From: an uncultured SAR86 cluster bacterium
Lineage (GTDB): Bacteria > Pseudomonadota > Gammaproteobacteria > Magnimaribacterales > D2472
Length of the DNA: 64,000 nucleotides
Assembly: GCA_902557645.1 (NCBI GenBank)
Contig: CACEAP010000005.1
Span: 10,181-74,180 of the forward strand
Direction: 5' to 3'
Shown: positions 1 to 11,425 of the stretch, one piece after another
Layout of the letters: every line of letters starts with the position of its first letter
Numbering within the stretch: position 1 is the first letter of the stretch
The notes under the pieces: model-generated
What the model was told of the DNA's origin: nothing
Databases searched by the model: none
The model's input: only the letters and a program-made list of their open reading frames with translations
Translations under genes and position numbers: made by a program

Positions 1-21
1 TAATATAATTTTTAAACAATC

Positions 22-1179
22 ATGACTCAAGATATATTTAACTTTGACGACCAATTAACCGAAGAGGAAATCTTAATTAAGAAAACCACTCAAGATTATT
101 GTCAAAGTACATTAATGCCAAGAATACTTGATGCCAATAGGAATGAAGAGTTTGATAAAGGTATTTATAAAGAGTTAGGTGAGCTTGGTTTATTGGGTCC
201 TCACATTAAGGGTTATGGCTGCTCAGGGGTCAATAATGTTTCTTACGGCTTGATTGCTAGAGAAATAGAAAGAATTGATTCAAGTTACAGGTCTGCATTT
301 AGCGTTCAATCATCATTAGCAATGTATGCAATATCAAATTTTGGCTCTGAAGAACAAAAGGAATTCTATTTACCTGAAATGGCGAAGGGTAATTTAATTG
401 GCTGTTTTGGGTTAACAGAACCTGATGCAGGTTCTGATCCTGCTAGCATGAAAACTGTGGCAATAAAAACTGATGGCGGTTATAAACTAAGCGGTTCAAA
501 GACATGGATTACTAATTCACCTATAGCTGATGTTTTAATTATTTGGGCTAAAGATGAGCAGGGAGTCTTGAGGGGATTTATTGTTGAGCGTGATGTTAAG
601 GGTTTAGATACTCCATACTTAAAAGGTAAATTTGCTTTAAGAGCTTCAGCAACGGGAATGATCTTTCTTGATAATGTTTTTGTACCAGAGGATAAAGTTC
701 TCCCTGATGTTCAAAGCTTCAGAGGTCCTTTTACTTGCTTAAATTCAGCTAGGTATGGAATTGCATGGGGTGCTATTGGTGCTGCAGAATTCTGTTGGAG
801 TCAGTCACTTTCGTATACTTTAGAAAGAGAGCAGTTTGGAAAGCCTCTAGCATCTAAACAACTAATTCAAAAAAAGCTGGCCGATATGCAAACAGAGATT
901 ACGCTTGGCTTGCAGGCAGCATTGAGAGTCGGAAGATTAATTGATGAGGGCAAAATGAGGCCCTCAATGATCTCATTGGTCAAAAGAAATAACTGCGGCA
1001 AAGCTTTAGATATTGCCAGAGCAGCAAGAGATATTCATGGCGGTAATGGTGTTACTGATGAGTATCATGTAATAAGACATTGCATGAATCTTGAGGCAGT
1101 TAATACTTATGAAGGAACTCACGATATCCATGCTCTTATCCTAGGACAAGAGCAAACTGGTATATCTGCTTTTAATTAA
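22..1179 (+). CDS. gcdH: Glutaryl-CoA dehydrogenase (acyl-CoA dehydrogenase family)
   Basis: [24 protein letters not shown] and C-terminal [20 protein letters not shown] typical of GCDH. Confidence 0.9.
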   Translation: MTQDIFNFDDQLTEEEILIKKTTQDYCQSTLMPRILDANRNEEFDKGIYKELGELGLLGPHIKGYGCSGVNNVSYGLIAREIERIDSSYRSAFSVQSSLAMYAISNFGSEEQKEFYLPEMAKGNLIGCFGLTEPDAGSDPASMKTVAIKTDGGYKLSGSKTWITNSPIADVLIIWAKDEQGVLRGFIVERDVKGLDTPYLKGKFALRASATGMIFLDNVFVPEDKVLPDVQSFRGPFTCLNSARYGIAWGAIGAAEFCWSQSLSYTLEREQFGKPLASKQLIQKKLADMQTEITLGLQAALRVGRLIDEGKMRPSMISLVKRNNCGKALDIARAARDIHGGNGVTDEYHVIRHCMNLEAVNTYEGTHDIHALILGQEQTGISAFN

Positions 1180-3247
1180 GATTTCTTTTTAGAAATTTTT
1201 CCATTTCAACATATAGCTCTAGATTGTTGGTTTCAGCATAAAAACCATGTGCTTCATCACCTCTAATCATATATTCATATGGAATACCTTTATCATCAAG
1301 AGCGTTTTTAAGTTCCAGGACTTGTTTGTATGAAACATTTCTATCCCGTCTACCATGGATTACAAAAAGATCACCTTTAATATTATCTAAATAATTAATA
1401 GGACTAGCTCTTTCTAATAATTCTCTATCATCATCTTGATGTCCCATTCCTTTATTCCATGCAGGTCTACCCATATCAGCAAACATCCATTGTTTATCAC
1501 CCATAATGCTTACTAGGTTAACAACCCCTACATAGTTAATTGCACATTTGAATAAATCCGGATTTTTTGTTATTCCTACCATTGCTGAATAACCACCGTA
1601 ACTTGCACCAGATATGCAAACTTTATCCATATCTACATAACCTTGTTCATTTGCCCAAAATAAGCCATCAATAAGATCAGTGTGCATATCAAGCGACCAC
1701 TGTTTCTTGGCAGCATTCATATGATCTATACCGTAACCAACAGATCCTCTAAAGTTTACCTGGACAACACCATAACCTCTTGTTGCATATAACTGCACCT
1801 CTCTTCTAAATCCAAAACTATCAGCTGCATGTGGTCCTCCGTGTGGATGCAAGATAAATGGAATCTTAGTGCCTTTTTTATAATTTGGTGGCAAGGTAAT
1901 ATATCCATGCAGTTTTAAGCCATCTCTTGCAGTAAAGCTAAAAGGTTCCATTTTTCCAAACTCGTATTCTTCTAACCAAGGCGCATATTTATCTATTAAC
2001 TGAATACCAACTTTAGGATCATACAAATAAGTTGTTCTTATGTGACGATCAGATGATGTATTTATAATAAATTTATTAAAATCATCATTTGCAGATATTG
2101 AAACAGTCTCTCCTGGAAATGCTGCTTCTATACCTTGTCTGATATTTGCATAGTTTTGATCAAAATAAATATACTGTCTTTTTGAAGTGTAATAAGAAAG
2201 CCCTAATAATTTTTTGTTTACAACATCTTTCATTACATAACCGCTGCTGCTTCCCCATTCAGGATTAGAAAAATCAAAGTTCTTATCATGGAAAACTTTC
2301 TCAACAAATTTTTCAGTTTTTGTATCAAACAACCACAAAGCATTAGTATCGGTATACTCATGAATAGAACCATCTACATTAATAGCTTGACCTACACCAA
2401 ATAAATGTCTGTTATCAAAGTCAAAGGTAGTAGGGTGAAAGCATGCTTCTCTATTTTCACATGACCACATTTTTTTAAATGAACCATCTGCAGCATTATA
2501 AGAATAATAGTAGGTATACAATCCATCTCTTGGAGAGTTTGGCTTGCCATCTTCTCTAAAATCATGACTTGTGGAGAAACCTCTTGGTACCGCATTATTA
2601 TCTAGTATCCAGTCTCCAAACATTTCATCTTCCAGAACCGGCTCTGCTGCTACTAATGTTGTTTCATTGGTATCAAGATCAAGCATATACACATCTCTGT
2701 ATTTATAAGCCACAGAAGGTCTTCTATTGATACTAATTAAAACTTTATTAGGAAACTGAGGAAGTGTGCTAACCATTCTTGGAAACTTTATTCCACCACT
2801 CTTACTTTGCTTGGCTTTATATAGAGCTTTTAAGTTCTTTCCATCTCTATCAATGGTATATAAAGAATAGCTATCAACATTCATTGAGGTACCAGCTTGG
2901 TAGTCAAATGCTCTGGTAATAAACAAAGTTTTATCATTTAGCCAACTAAATGAGCTTACTCTTGCATTCATACTTGTACCTGAAAGTCTCTTAGCTTTCA
3001 TTCCATCTTCTAAATCTATTACAACTAGTACTTTTATCATTTCATCATCTTCAGGCTCATCTATAGAACACTTAGGGGGTGTAGATGGAACCATTGCGGC
3101 ATAATATCTACCAGAAGGTGATAAAGTTCCTCCAGAAGTCTCTCCGCCACACAATAATTTTTCGAGCGGAATAGGCTCTGCTTCAAGAAAATTATTAAAA
3201 GTAAGTGATATTAAGAATAGAAAACTAAGTATTTTGTATGATTTCAT
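1172..3247 (-). CDS. Exported S9 (prolyl oligopeptidase / dipeptidyl aminopeptidase) family peptidase
   Basis: Signal-peptide-like N-terminus; HGGP, GASYGG nucleophile, RRDRNV Asp, EAHGF His; AAGGA SD upstream. Confidence 0.9.
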   Translation of the reverse strand: MKSYKILSFLFLISLTFNNFLEAEPIPLEKLLCGGETSGGTLSPSGRYYAAMVPSTPPKCSIDEPEDDEMIKVLVVIDLEDGMKAKRLSGTSMNARVSSFSWLNDKTLFITRAFDYQAGTSMNVDSYSLYTIDRDGKNLKALYKAKQSKSGGIKFPRMVSTLPQFPNKVLISINRRPSVAYKYRDVYMLDLDTNETTLVAAEPVLEDEMFGDWILDNNAVPRGFSTSHDFREDGKPNSPRDGLYTYYYSYNAADGSFKKMWSCENREACFHPTTFDFDNRHLFGVGQAINVDGSIHEYTDTNALWLFDTKTEKFVEKVFHDKNFDFSNPEWGSSSGYVMKDVVNKKLLGLSYYTSKRQYIYFDQNYANIRQGIEAAFPGETVSISANDDFNKFIINTSSDRHIRTTYLYDPKVGIQLIDKYAPWLEEYEFGKMEPFSFTARDGLKLHGYITLPPNYKKGTKIPFILHPHGGPHAADSFGFRREVQLYATRGYGVVQVNFRGSVGYGIDHMNAAKKQWSLDMHTDLIDGLFWANEQGYVDMDKVCISGASYGGYSAMVGITKNPDLFKCAINYVGVVNLVSIMGDKQWMFADMGRPAWNKGMGHQDDDRELLERASPINYLDNIKGDLFVIHGRRDRNVSYKQVLELKNALDDKGIPYEYMIRGDEAHGFYAETNNLELYVEMEKFLKRNLN

Positions 3248-3262
3248 TTTAGTCCTTATAAA

Positions 3263-3288
3263 ATTATGTAAAGCTTACTTTACATAAT
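3263..3288. promoter_or_regulatory. Palindromic operator ATTATGTAAAG-CTTA-CTTTACATAAT (fits TyrR/PhhR box TGTAAA-N6-TTTACA)
   Basis: Perfect 11-bp inverted repeat just upstream of the S9 start; same core recurs at 11427-11446. Confidence 0.7.
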
Positions 3289-3461
3289 AATTTATATTTA
3301 TAATATTTCAACTGATTAATACTATTTAATATATAAAGAATAGATATTAAATAAATGGACCTTGATGCTTGCAAAAATCAAAAATTACATTAATATTGAT
3401 GCTATCGAGCATGATTCGTGGACGTTTCATGCTATTTAAAATTTTTTATATGGGGAAACAT

Positions 3462-6452
3462 ATGAATAGAATACAATTATCTTTGCTATTTTTATTAGCA
3501 TTCGCTTTTGCACCATTTAACGTTATTGCTGATGAACCAGTTGATGATGTTGAAGAGGTAACATCAACTGAAACAGAGTCTGATGATTCTGATGAAGATG
3601 TAACTGACGTAGGTCGTGTTACTGTTACTGGTTCAAGAATCAAAAGAATTGACATCGAGGGAGCTACTCCTGTTACTGTTATAACTAGAACTGATATCGA
3701 TCAAGCTGGTTATGGAACAGTTTTCGATGCCGTTTCTAATTTAACACAAAATATTGGTGAAACAGCTGGTGAGAATTTCCAGGCTGGTTTTACACCTGCT
3801 AACCAGGTTGTTGATCTTAGAGACTTTGGTCCAGGTAGAACACTTGTTTTAGTGAATGGAAAAAGAATGGCAGATTATCCGTTTCCTTATAACGGTAATT
3901 CAGCTTCGTTCAACTGGGCATCTATTCCCCTTGCAGCAGTTGAAAGAATTGAAGTCTTAACAGCTGGTGCTTCATCTGTATATGGTTCAGATGCAGTTGC
4001 TGGTGTTATTAATGTTGTACTTGTTGAAGGTGTTGAACAAAGCACTGTTAGAGTAACAGCAGGTGAATATCTTCAATCAAGAGATGGATTCGGTAAAGAG
4101 TATGGAATTGAATTCACAACTGGTGGAGTTGCAGATAAGTTCTCATGGACAGTTGCTGCTGAATTTACGCACTTAGATCCATTAACTACTAAAGATCGTG
4201 ATGATTATGATGATTATGATGATGGTAAAGGTACAGATAATGATGTCCCTTGGTATGCAGCTAGAATGTACGGTGCAAATATTTATGCAACCGGTTATCA
4301 GTTCTGGGGTCCTAGTGACATGGCTGGTCCTGATGGAAATCTTATGGGATGGACATGTGCTGGTACCACAAATATCGATGGTGTTATTGAAACTACTTAC
4401 GATCAGTATTACACAACTACAAGAGTTGGTAATGCATGTATAAGAGAAGAGAATCCACCTCAAACTATTTGGAATGAAAGAGACAATGCTTCAGTATTCT
4501 TTGCTGGTTCATATACTGTTTCAGAGCAAATGGAAGTTTATGCTAAAGCAATGCAGTTTAATACTGAAACAACTGGTGTTTACTTCAACAGTTTTTATTA
4601 TCCTTTCCCTGGAACTCCATGGTCAATGGGTTATTCAAATTACGGCCCACAAGGCACCGGTCTTCCAAACCCAGTAACAGGCGGAACGCTTTACATGATG
4701 GATTGGTATGGAGTTAAAATGTTTAATCCACCAACATGGGATAATTCATTTGAAGAGCAGTCTAATACTTTTGATTTAGGTGTTAGAGGTACTCTTAATA
4801 ATGGTTGGGAATATGACGTTTCAGCAACTATTAATGACTATGAATCAGACTCAGTTGGTCAATTATGGTTAGTTGAAGAAATGGAAGCATTATATTTCAA
4901 CATTGGTCAAAATGATGCGCTAGGTAATCCTTGTGTAATGGATGCATTTGATCTTTATGCTGATGGTTACTGGAGTGGTGTAGGCGGAGACGCAACTGAC
5001 CCATACAGAGGTTATTCATATGCATACAGCTGGGGCCAGCCTACATGTTTAAATGCAGAATGGTTCTATAACGGGGCTGACTTTAATTATGCAGATTATA
5101 TGGCTACTAATGATGAGCACGCTGAATCTTATTCAGATTTTTATACAGCTTCATTAGTTGGTGAATTCGGTATGTTAGATGGTGGTCCAATAGGATTCGC
5201 TCTTGTTGCTGAATATCAAGATCATGGATATACAGTTATCCCATCAGCGCTTAATGTAGCTGGTAAGTTATGGGGTTCAGGATATACAGATGGTGGCGGT
5301 GAAAGAGATAGATACGCTTTTGGTGGAGAATTAAGATTCCCAATAACAACTGAATTTGCTATTTCACTATCTGCTCGTAATGATAAGTATGATGATAAAG
5401 CTGTAAATGTTGATAGAACAACAATTGGTGGTAACTTTGAATGGAGACCATCTGATGACTTTATGTTAAGAGGTTCATGGTCTGAATCATTCAGAGCTCC
5501 AGATATGCAAAGAGCATTCTTGGAAAGAGTCGAAGGCTTTACAAGCGGTATTGACTATTATCAGTGTTGGTTATCAACAGGAGCTATCGATAATTGTGGT
5601 GATTTTAATAAAATTAACATTGTAACTATCACTGAAGGTAACAAAAGTCTTAAAGATGAGGCTGGTGATTCATATTCATTAGGTTTTGTATGGGAGCCTG
5701 CAGAAAGATTAACTCTTACTGTTGATGCATATAAAGTTGTTTTACAAGATATTGTTTCTAACAGTAGTTTAGGTCAGGTCAGAATCGATGAAGCTTATTG
5801 TAGAGCTCAAGAAGCTGGCACGCCTATTGACGGAGCTCCAGAATATAGTAGCTCATACTGTCAACAAGTTTATGACAGTATTGTTCGTGGCGGTAAACCA
5901 ACAGGTGTTGAACCAACTGATCCAACTGCTATACCAGGAATGATTGAGCTTTATAATCAACCTTTGAATATAGCTTCTCAGGAATATCAAGGTCTTGACT
6001 GGTCTATGAGATATACATTAATAACTGATACTAGAGGTGACTTTAGCTTCTCAGTTAGAGGATCAAATCAATTAAATCTTAAACAAGCAACCTTACCTGG
6101 TGAGCCAAGATTTAGTTATATGGATTCAGCATATGTAGTTAGATCTAGACAAGTTGCAACTTCAGCATGGAGTTTAAATGACTGGTCAGCTTCAATTTCT
6201 GTAAGCAGAATAGGTCATGTTAACTATATCGAAGATACTAAAGGAAGCCCTTATTTCTCAACAAACTTAACGGTTGGTTATGACATATCTGATGATATGT
6301 ATATAGCAATTGTTGGAAATAATATTTTTGATGCATTCCCTGATAGAGATGCAGCATATGGTGGAAGTTCATACTATCCTTTCCATGTAAATGCTAATTT
6401 GTATCCTATTACTGGACCATCAATTAATGGTATTTTCCAGTTTAGATTTTAA
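3462..6452 (+). CDS. TonB-dependent receptor
   Basis: Start moved to ATG 3462 (GGGG SD, signal peptide MNRIQLSLL...); VTVTGSRI TonB-box region, plug motifs RTLVLVNGKR and GASSVYGSDAVAGVIN, C-terminal F. Confidence 0.93.
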   Translation: MNRIQLSLLFLLAFAFAPFNVIADEPVDDVEEVTSTETESDDSDEDVTDVGRVTVTGSRIKRIDIEGATPVTVITRTDIDQAGYGTVFDAVSNLTQNIGETAGENFQAGFTPANQVVDLRDFGPGRTLVLVNGKRMADYPFPYNGNSASFNWASIPLAAVERIEVLTAGASSVYGSDAVAGVINVVLVEGVEQSTVRVTAGEYLQSRDGFGKEYGIEFTTGGVADKFSWTVAAEFTHLDPLTTKDRDDYDDYDDGKGTDNDVPWYAARMYGANIYATGYQFWGPSDMAGPDGNLMGWTCAGTTNIDGVIETTYDQYYTTTRVGNACIREENPPQTIWNERDNASVFFAGSYTVSEQMEVYAKAMQFNTETTGVYFNSFYYPFPGTPWSMGYSNYGPQGTGLPNPVTGGTLYMMDWYGVKMFNPPTWDNSFEEQSNTFDLGVRGTLNNGWEYDVSATINDYESDSVGQLWLVEEMEALYFNIGQNDALGNPCVMDAFDLYADGYWSGVGGDATDPYRGYSYAYSWGQPTCLNAEWFYNGADFNYADYMATNDEHAESYSDFYTASLVGEFGMLDGGPIGFALVAEYQDHGYTVIPSALNVAGKLWGSGYTDGGGERDRYAFGGELRFPITTEFAISLSARNDKYDDKAVNVDRTTIGGNFEWRPSDDFMLRGSWSESFRAPDMQRAFLERVEGFTSGIDYYQCWLSTGAIDNCGDFNKINIVTITEGNKSLKDEAGDSYSLGFVWEPAERLTLTVDAYKVVLQDIVSNSSLGQVRIDEAYCRAQEAGTPIDGAPEYSSSYCQQVYDSIVRGGKPTGVEPTDPTAIPGMIELYNQPLNIASQEYQGLDWSMRYTLITDTRGDFSFSVRGSNQLNLKQATLPGEPRFSYMDSAYVVRSRQVATSAWSLNDWSASISVSRIGHVNYIEDTKGSPYFSTNLTVGYDISDDMYIAIVGNNIFDAFPDRDAAYGGSSYYPFHVNANLYPITGPSINGIFQFRF

Positions 6453-6467
6453 TTTAATCTAGTTCTT

Positions 6468-6494
6468 AAAAAAGGCAGCCTAGCTGCCTTTTTT
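6468..6494 (+). terminator. Intrinsic (possibly bidirectional) terminator
   Basis: AAAAAAGGCAGC-CTA-GCTGCCTTTTTT hairpin after the receptor stop. Confidence 0.9.
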
Positions 6495-6544
6495 ATTTAA
6501 TAAAAAATTCCAAATATATACTAAATATATATATAATATCGCCC

Positions 6545-7324
6545 ATGAAAATCATTAAAACATTTTTACCTTTAACCTTTATTTTTATAATAAGCATTAA
6601 TGCTCAAGAATCTACAAATTCTATTGATGAGTTAAATGAATCAGTAGGAACAAGTACAAAATCATTAAAAGATTCTGCTGCTAATCAAAAAAATATTAAT
6701 ACAATTGACAGACAAACTAGAGAACTAGAGTTTGACTATAAAGATACTTATAAAGAGTATGAAAATTTAAAACTCTACAACGATCAACTGCAAAAAATTA
6801 TAAATTCACAAAACGAAGAGATTGAGTCGATTATTTTTCAAATTGCTGAATTAGATAATACTAATATAAATATTATTCCTTTAATGTTAAAAATGACTGC
6901 TGCCCTTGAGCAATTTATTTCTTTAGACATTCCTTTTTTATTAGAAGAGAGAACTTCAAGAATAGAAAACATAAAGGAAGTTATGGATAGAGGTGATGTC
7001 TCTACCTCAGAAAAATTTAGAAAAGTCGCTGAAGCTTATCAAGTTGAGAATGACTACGGTAGAACTATCGAAGCTTACAGAGGTTCAGTAAACTTCGAAG
7101 ATAAAGAATTTAATGCTGACTTCTTAAGAGTTGGAAGAGTAGCATTAATGTTTATAACCACTAATGGTGACAAAGCTGCCTATTGGGATAATTCCTCAAA
7201 GTCTTGGGTTAAGTCATCAGGAGCGATCAAGAGATCTACTGAAGAGGGTTTAAAAATTGCTTTAAAACAAGCACCACCTGCACTAATTAATATTCCGGTA
7301 ACAGCTTATGAAAAGAATAATTAA
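6545..7324 (+). CDS. DUF3450 family periplasmic protein of TonB2-type cluster
   Basis: Signal peptide, coiled coil, DIPFLLEER, EKFRKVAEAYQVENDYGR, FLRVGRVAL; position before exbB. Confidence 0.85.
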   Translation: MKIIKTFLPLTFIFIISINAQESTNSIDELNESVGTSTKSLKDSAANQKNINTIDRQTRELEFDYKDTYKEYENLKLYNDQLQKIINSQNEEIESIIFQIAELDNTNINIIPLMLKMTAALEQFISLDIPFLLEERTSRIENIKEVMDRGDVSTSEKFRKVAEAYQVENDYGRTIEAYRGSVNFEDKEFNADFLRVGRVALMFITTNGDKAAYWDNSSKSWVKSSGAIKRSTEEGLKIALKQAPPALINIPVTAYEKNN

Positions 7325-8663
7325 TCTATACTTATTCCCAGTTTTGCTGGTAGCCTCCATTCAAGTTAACTCACAAGAGGTTACTTTATCTGAACCAGTT
7401 GTAGTTACAGACATCGAACAATTACTTGAATTAGTTAAAGATGGAGCAACTTTAAGATCAGAAGAAGACAAGAAAAGATTAGACAGTTTTAATAAAAGTA
7501 AACAAAAGCAAGAGAAACTTCTTGCTGATGCAAGATGGTTGCTTAAAAAGGAATCTAATAGAGAAAAAAGATTAACAAAGCAATTTGAAGATAATGATTC
7601 AAGATTGTCTGATTTAGAAGAGCAATTAAATTTAAAGATTGGTACATTAGGAGAGCTATTTGGAGTTGTCAGACAGCTTAGTGGCGATGCAAAAAATACA
7701 TATAGTCAATCATTAACTAATTTAGAATTTCCTTCAAGAATTGAATTTCTTGGCAATTTAGCTGAGCGCAAAGAACTACCTAAAGTTGATGAGCTAGAGA
7801 GGCTTTGGTTTGAACTTTTAAATGAGATGAACGCTTCTGGAAAGGTTTCAAAATTTTCTTCAGAAGTATTAGATACTAGTGGTAATTCGTCATTGTATGA
7901 TGTTATTAGAATAGGCCAATTTAATGCTGTTGCTGATTCAAATTATTTAAGATTTATACCTGAAGAACAATCTTTAGAGTTTTTATCTAAAAACCCTGAT
8001 GGCTCAAGATCTTCACTTCGTAAACTTTCAAGTTTTGAAGAGGGTGATTATGTTGAATTTTCAATCGATCCAACTAGAGGATCATTACTTAATCTAATAT
8101 TACAAAATCCAAGTGTTATTGAAAGAATTAATCAAGGTGGTTTTGTTGGATATATTATTCTAATTATTCTTGTGAGCGGTCTAGCTCTCGGAGCTTTTAG
8201 ATTTAATTTTTTATACAACAGTCAAAAATCTCTTATTAAAGAACTTGATACTGGTAAATTTAATGAAGGCTCACCTTTAAAAGAAATTGATGATGTGCTT
8301 AGACAAAAAGATAAACTTGATCAAGATCAATTAGAGACTAAGATTGAAGCGATTTTATCGAGCACTGGACCATTGTATGAAAGAAGTATTAGTTCTATTA
8401 AATTATTAGCAGCTGTTGCTCCTCTTTTAGGATTGTTGGGAACAGTTGTTGGAATGATTGGTACTTTCCAGGCAATAACATTATTTGGAACTGGCGACCC
8501 GAAATTAATGGCTGGCGGAATATCACAGGCTCTTGTAACAACTATGTTAGGTCTTATTGCAGCAGTTCCATTATTATTTATGCATAATCAGCTAGATACT
8601 CGCAGTAGAGAAATTATTCAAATCATTGAAGAAGAAGCCATTGGTAAAATAGCTTCTAAATAG
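7308..8663 (+). CDS. Large MotA/TolQ/ExbB proton-channel protein (TtpC-like)
   Basis: Periplasmic N-domain plus APLLGLLGTVVGMI...GDPKLMAGGISQALVTT. Confidence 0.88.
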   Translation: MKRIINLYLFPVLLVASIQVNSQEVTLSEPVVVTDIEQLLELVKDGATLRSEEDKKRLDSFNKSKQKQEKLLADARWLLKKESNREKRLTKQFEDNDSRLSDLEEQLNLKIGTLGELFGVVRQLSGDAKNTYSQSLTNLEFPSRIEFLGNLAERKELPKVDELERLWFELLNEMNASGKVSKFSSEVLDTSGNSSLYDVIRIGQFNAVADSNYLRFIPEEQSLEFLSKNPDGSRSSLRKLSSFEEGDYVEFSIDPTRGSLLNLILQNPSVIERINQGGFVGYIILIILVSGLALGAFRFNFLYNSQKSLIKELDTGKFNEGSPLKEIDDVLRQKDKLDQDQLETKIEAILSSTGPLYERSISSIKLLAAVAPLLGLLGTVVGMIGTFQAITLFGTGDPKLMAGGISQALVTTMLGLIAAVPLLFMHNQLDTRSREIIQIIEEEAIGKIASK

Positions 8664-8666
8664 AGC

Positions 8667-9191
8667 ATGCTTTACTACCTTCTTTTACCATTCAACCTTG
8701 TAAGTGATTTCATTAATATGGGCGGGGTTGTTCTTTTAGTTTTATTTTTTGTAGCTTTTTACATGTGGATTCTTATATCTGAAAGATTATATTTTTATAA
8801 ATATTCTCTTGATGATGTTGTTGAAAAAAGTTTCATGGAATATAAGAAGTTAACTGGTAAAGATCAGTGGCTAAATAACAAAATAAAAAATATGTCATTA
8901 GCTGATATTAACCTTCAAAAAAATAGAAATTTAAATCAAATTAAAGGTTTAGTCGCATTATGTCCATTGCTTGGACTGCTTGGAACTGTAACAGGAATGA
9001 TTGAAGTTTTTGATGTTATGGCTTTTACAGGCACCGGAAACCCAAGACTTATGGCTGGAGGTATATCTAAAGCTACGCTGCCAACAATGACAGGATTAGT
9101 AATATCTATAACGGGATTATTCGCTATAACTTTTATTGAAAGATTTATTAATGATAGAGTTTTAAGAAAAGTAGAGATTTTTGAGAAATGA
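8667..9191 (+). CDS. exbB: ExbB (MotA/TolQ/ExbB family)
   Basis: CPLLGLLGTVTGMIEVF, MAGGISKATLPT. Confidence 0.88.
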   Translation: MLYYLLLPFNLVSDFINMGGVVLLVLFFVAFYMWILISERLYFYKYSLDDVVEKSFMEYKKLTGKDQWLNNKIKNMSLADINLQKNRNLNQIKGLVALCPLLGLLGTVTGMIEVFDVMAFTGTGNPRLMAGGISKATLPTMTGLVISITGLFAITFIERFINDRVLRKVEIFEK

Positions 9192-9589
9192 TAAGAAGAA
9201 AAAAAAGGATACCTGAAGACTCAACCATAGATATTACACCTATGCTTGATATTGTTTTTATAATGCTTATATTTTTTATTGTAACAACTACTTTTATTAA
9301 AGAAACTGGGGTTGAGGTAAATCGACCAAATGCATCAACTGCAGTAGCAGATGAAAGAGGTAATATTCTCATTGCTATTTCAGAAAATAATGAAATTTGG
9401 ATAGATAAAAGGATGATAGATATTAGAGCGGTAAGGGCTAATATCGAAAGACTAAAAGCTGAAAATCCTGAAGGCTCAGTAATTATTCAAGCAGATCAAA
9501 ATTCTAAGACTGGTTTATTAGTTGAAACTATGGATCAAGTTAGATTAGCTGGTGTACAGAATGTATCAATTGCAGCAGATAAGGACTAA
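9188..9589 (+). CDS. exbD: ExbD biopolymer transport protein
   Basis: IDITPMLDIVFIMLIFFIVT motif. Confidence 0.93.
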   Translation: MIRRKKRIPEDSTIDITPMLDIVFIMLIFFIVTTTFIKETGVEVNRPNASTAVADERGNILIAISENNEIWIDKRMIDIRAVRANIERLKAENPEGSVIIQADQNSKTGLLVETMDQVRLAGVQNVSIAADKD

Positions 9590-10190
9590 GAAAAATTCCT
9601 ACTTTATAGCTGGAGGTTTAGGTTCAGCATTTCTACTATTTTTATTTATGTATTTGCTTATTAAGCCAGGTGATTTGGATATAAATGCTTTAAAAGATCG
9701 ACAAATGGTTGATTTCATTAGACTTAAAAAAGATGATACTTTAAATGAAAGGGATAGAAGACTGCCTGATAAACCCCCACCTCCAAAAAGGCCTCCACCT
9801 CCAGAATTAGAAGCTCCTGATGTTAAAGCCTTACCAACTCCAAAAATAGATATTGAATTTCCTGACATAAAGATGCCTATAGATACAGATGGAGCATTTG
9901 TTGCCGGTGGTCAATATTTAGGTGATGGCGGTTTGATACCTTTAGTTAGAATCGCACCAAGATATCCAAGAAATGCTCTTTTAAAAGGCACTGAGGGTTA
10001 TGTTTTGGTAGAATTACTAGTTGATGAATCAGGTTCTGTTTTATCTGCTGTAGTTAGAGAAGCAAATCCAAGCACGGTCTTTAATGCAGCAGCTATTCAA
10101 GCTGTTTTAAAATGGAAATTTAAACCTAGAGTTGATGGCGGAGTTGCTGTCAAACAAAGAGGTATAACAAGGATTGATTTTCAAATATGA
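9552..10190 (+). CDS. tonB: Energy transducer TonB (start uncertain; ATG 9561 or TTG 9570 plausible)
   Basis: TM anchor, Pro-rich linker PPPPKRPPPP, C-domain PRYP...EGYV...WKFKP. Confidence 0.88.
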   Translation: MYRMYQLQQIRTKKNSYFIAGGLGSAFLLFLFMYLLIKPGDLDINALKDRQMVDFIRLKKDDTLNERDRRLPDKPPPPKRPPPPELEAPDVKALPTPKIDIEFPDIKMPIDTDGAFVAGGQYLGDGGLIPLVRIAPRYPRNALLKGTEGYVLVELLVDESGSVLSAVVREANPSTVFNAAAIQAVLKWKFKPRVDGGVAVKQRGITRIDFQI

Positions 10191-11407
10191 AGTACTTATT
10201 TTTTATATCATTACTTTTCTCTATATCTTATGCTAATGCAGCCCCTAGCAATAATGAAAATACTATATCTGGCTGGGTGTATTATGAGTTTTTAAGTATT
10301 GAGGATAAATTAGAACAAGGTAGATATGCTGAAGTTGAAGCTGACTACTTAGATCTTCTTGATAATACCTGGTCATCTAGATCATTTGATCATGCTGTTA
10401 TCTTAAAAAAATATGGTTTTTACCTAGTATCACGAGATAGAGTCCCAGAAGGCCTTAAGCATCTTCAATGGAGTTTGCGTAAACAAGCCCTTGAACCAAG
10501 AGATGCACATAATGTTCAATATGTAGTTGCGCAAATTAGTGCAAGCTTAGGAAAATATGAAGAGGCATTAGATTATTTATTAGATTGGTATAGAGTTGGT
10601 GTAAATAGAAGATTTGATTTAACACCAAAAGGAATAGCTTTGATTGGAATTTGTTATGCGCAGCTAGAAGAATATCGCCCTGCTATTAAATATATAACTA
10701 TGGCAACTGAGCAATCATATGTGTTTATGAAGCCTTGGTACGAACTTAAATTCGCATTGCATTATAGACTTGATGAATATTTACTTGCGCTTGAAACAGC
10801 ACAAGATCTCGTAAGAAACTCTCCAAAAGAAAAAAAGTATTTAGAGCAAATGGGAGCGATGTATAATCAGTTACAATTTGAGATTGAATCACTCTCATCC
10901 TTAGAATTTGGTTTTACCCAAGATTTGTTAAAAACAGAAAAAGATTATCTACTCTTAGCTAATTTTTACATGTATAAAGCAGTACCAAATGATGCTGTGA
11001 AAGTTTTAGAAGCTGGTTTTAAACGAAAAAAAATAAAAACAAATGCTAAGAACTTAGAAACATTATCAAATGCTTATCTTTCATCTAAAGAGCACATAAA
11101 AGCTGCAAATAAATTACAAGAAGCATCTAAGTTATCAGATGATCCAGAGTTAATATATAGATTAGGTCAAATTGAATTAAATTTAAGTAGATGGGATAAA
11201 GCTATTGAGTCTTTTCAACTTGCTCAAGACAAAGGTTGGAATAAAGAAAAGGGTAAAATTGAATACTTTATTGGTATTTCATTTATCGAGTTAGAGGAAT
11301 TTAATCAAGCTGTAAAATACCTTTCTATGTCTAGTGAGTTAGGTCAAGATAAGTTGGTAGAACCTTGGCTTCAATATATCGAATACCTACAAAAAACTGC
11401 AAGTTAA
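10187..11407 (+). CDS. TPR-repeat exported protein of TonB cluster
   Basis: Signal peptide, repeated helical TPR-like segments, position after tonB. Confidence 0.75.
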   Translation: MKYLFFISLLFSISYANAAPSNNENTISGWVYYEFLSIEDKLEQGRYAEVEADYLDLLDNTWSSRSFDHAVILKKYGFYLVSRDRVPEGLKHLQWSLRKQALEPRDAHNVQYVVAQISASLGKYEEALDYLLDWYRVGVNRRFDLTPKGIALIGICYAQLEEYRPAIKYITMATEQSYVFMKPWYELKFALHYRLDEYLLALETAQDLVRNSPKEKKYLEQMGAMYNQLQFEIESLSSLEFGFTQDLLKTEKDYLLLANFYMYKAVPNDAVKVLEAGFKRKKIKTNAKNLETLSNAYLSSKEHIKAANKLQEASKLSDDPELIYRLGQIELNLSRWDKAIESFQLAQDKGWNKEKGKIEYFIGISFIELEEFNQAVKYLSMSSELGQDKLVEPWLQYIEYLQKTAS

Positions 11408-11425
11408 ACTTAATTAATTCCCTAA

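Noticed and set aside
3138..3149. GTCTCTCCGCCA identical to the tRNA-Ser 3' end (possible att site)
   Set aside because: Only 12 nt, lies inside the intact S9 coding frame, upstream of the tRNA, and no integrase is present; likely chance
3369..3461. N-terminal extension of the first TonB receptor
   Set aside because: Signal peptide and SD fit ATG 3462
4200..4224. GATGATTAT tandem repeat
   Set aside because: Short coding repeat (DDYDDYDD), not an array or phase-variable tract
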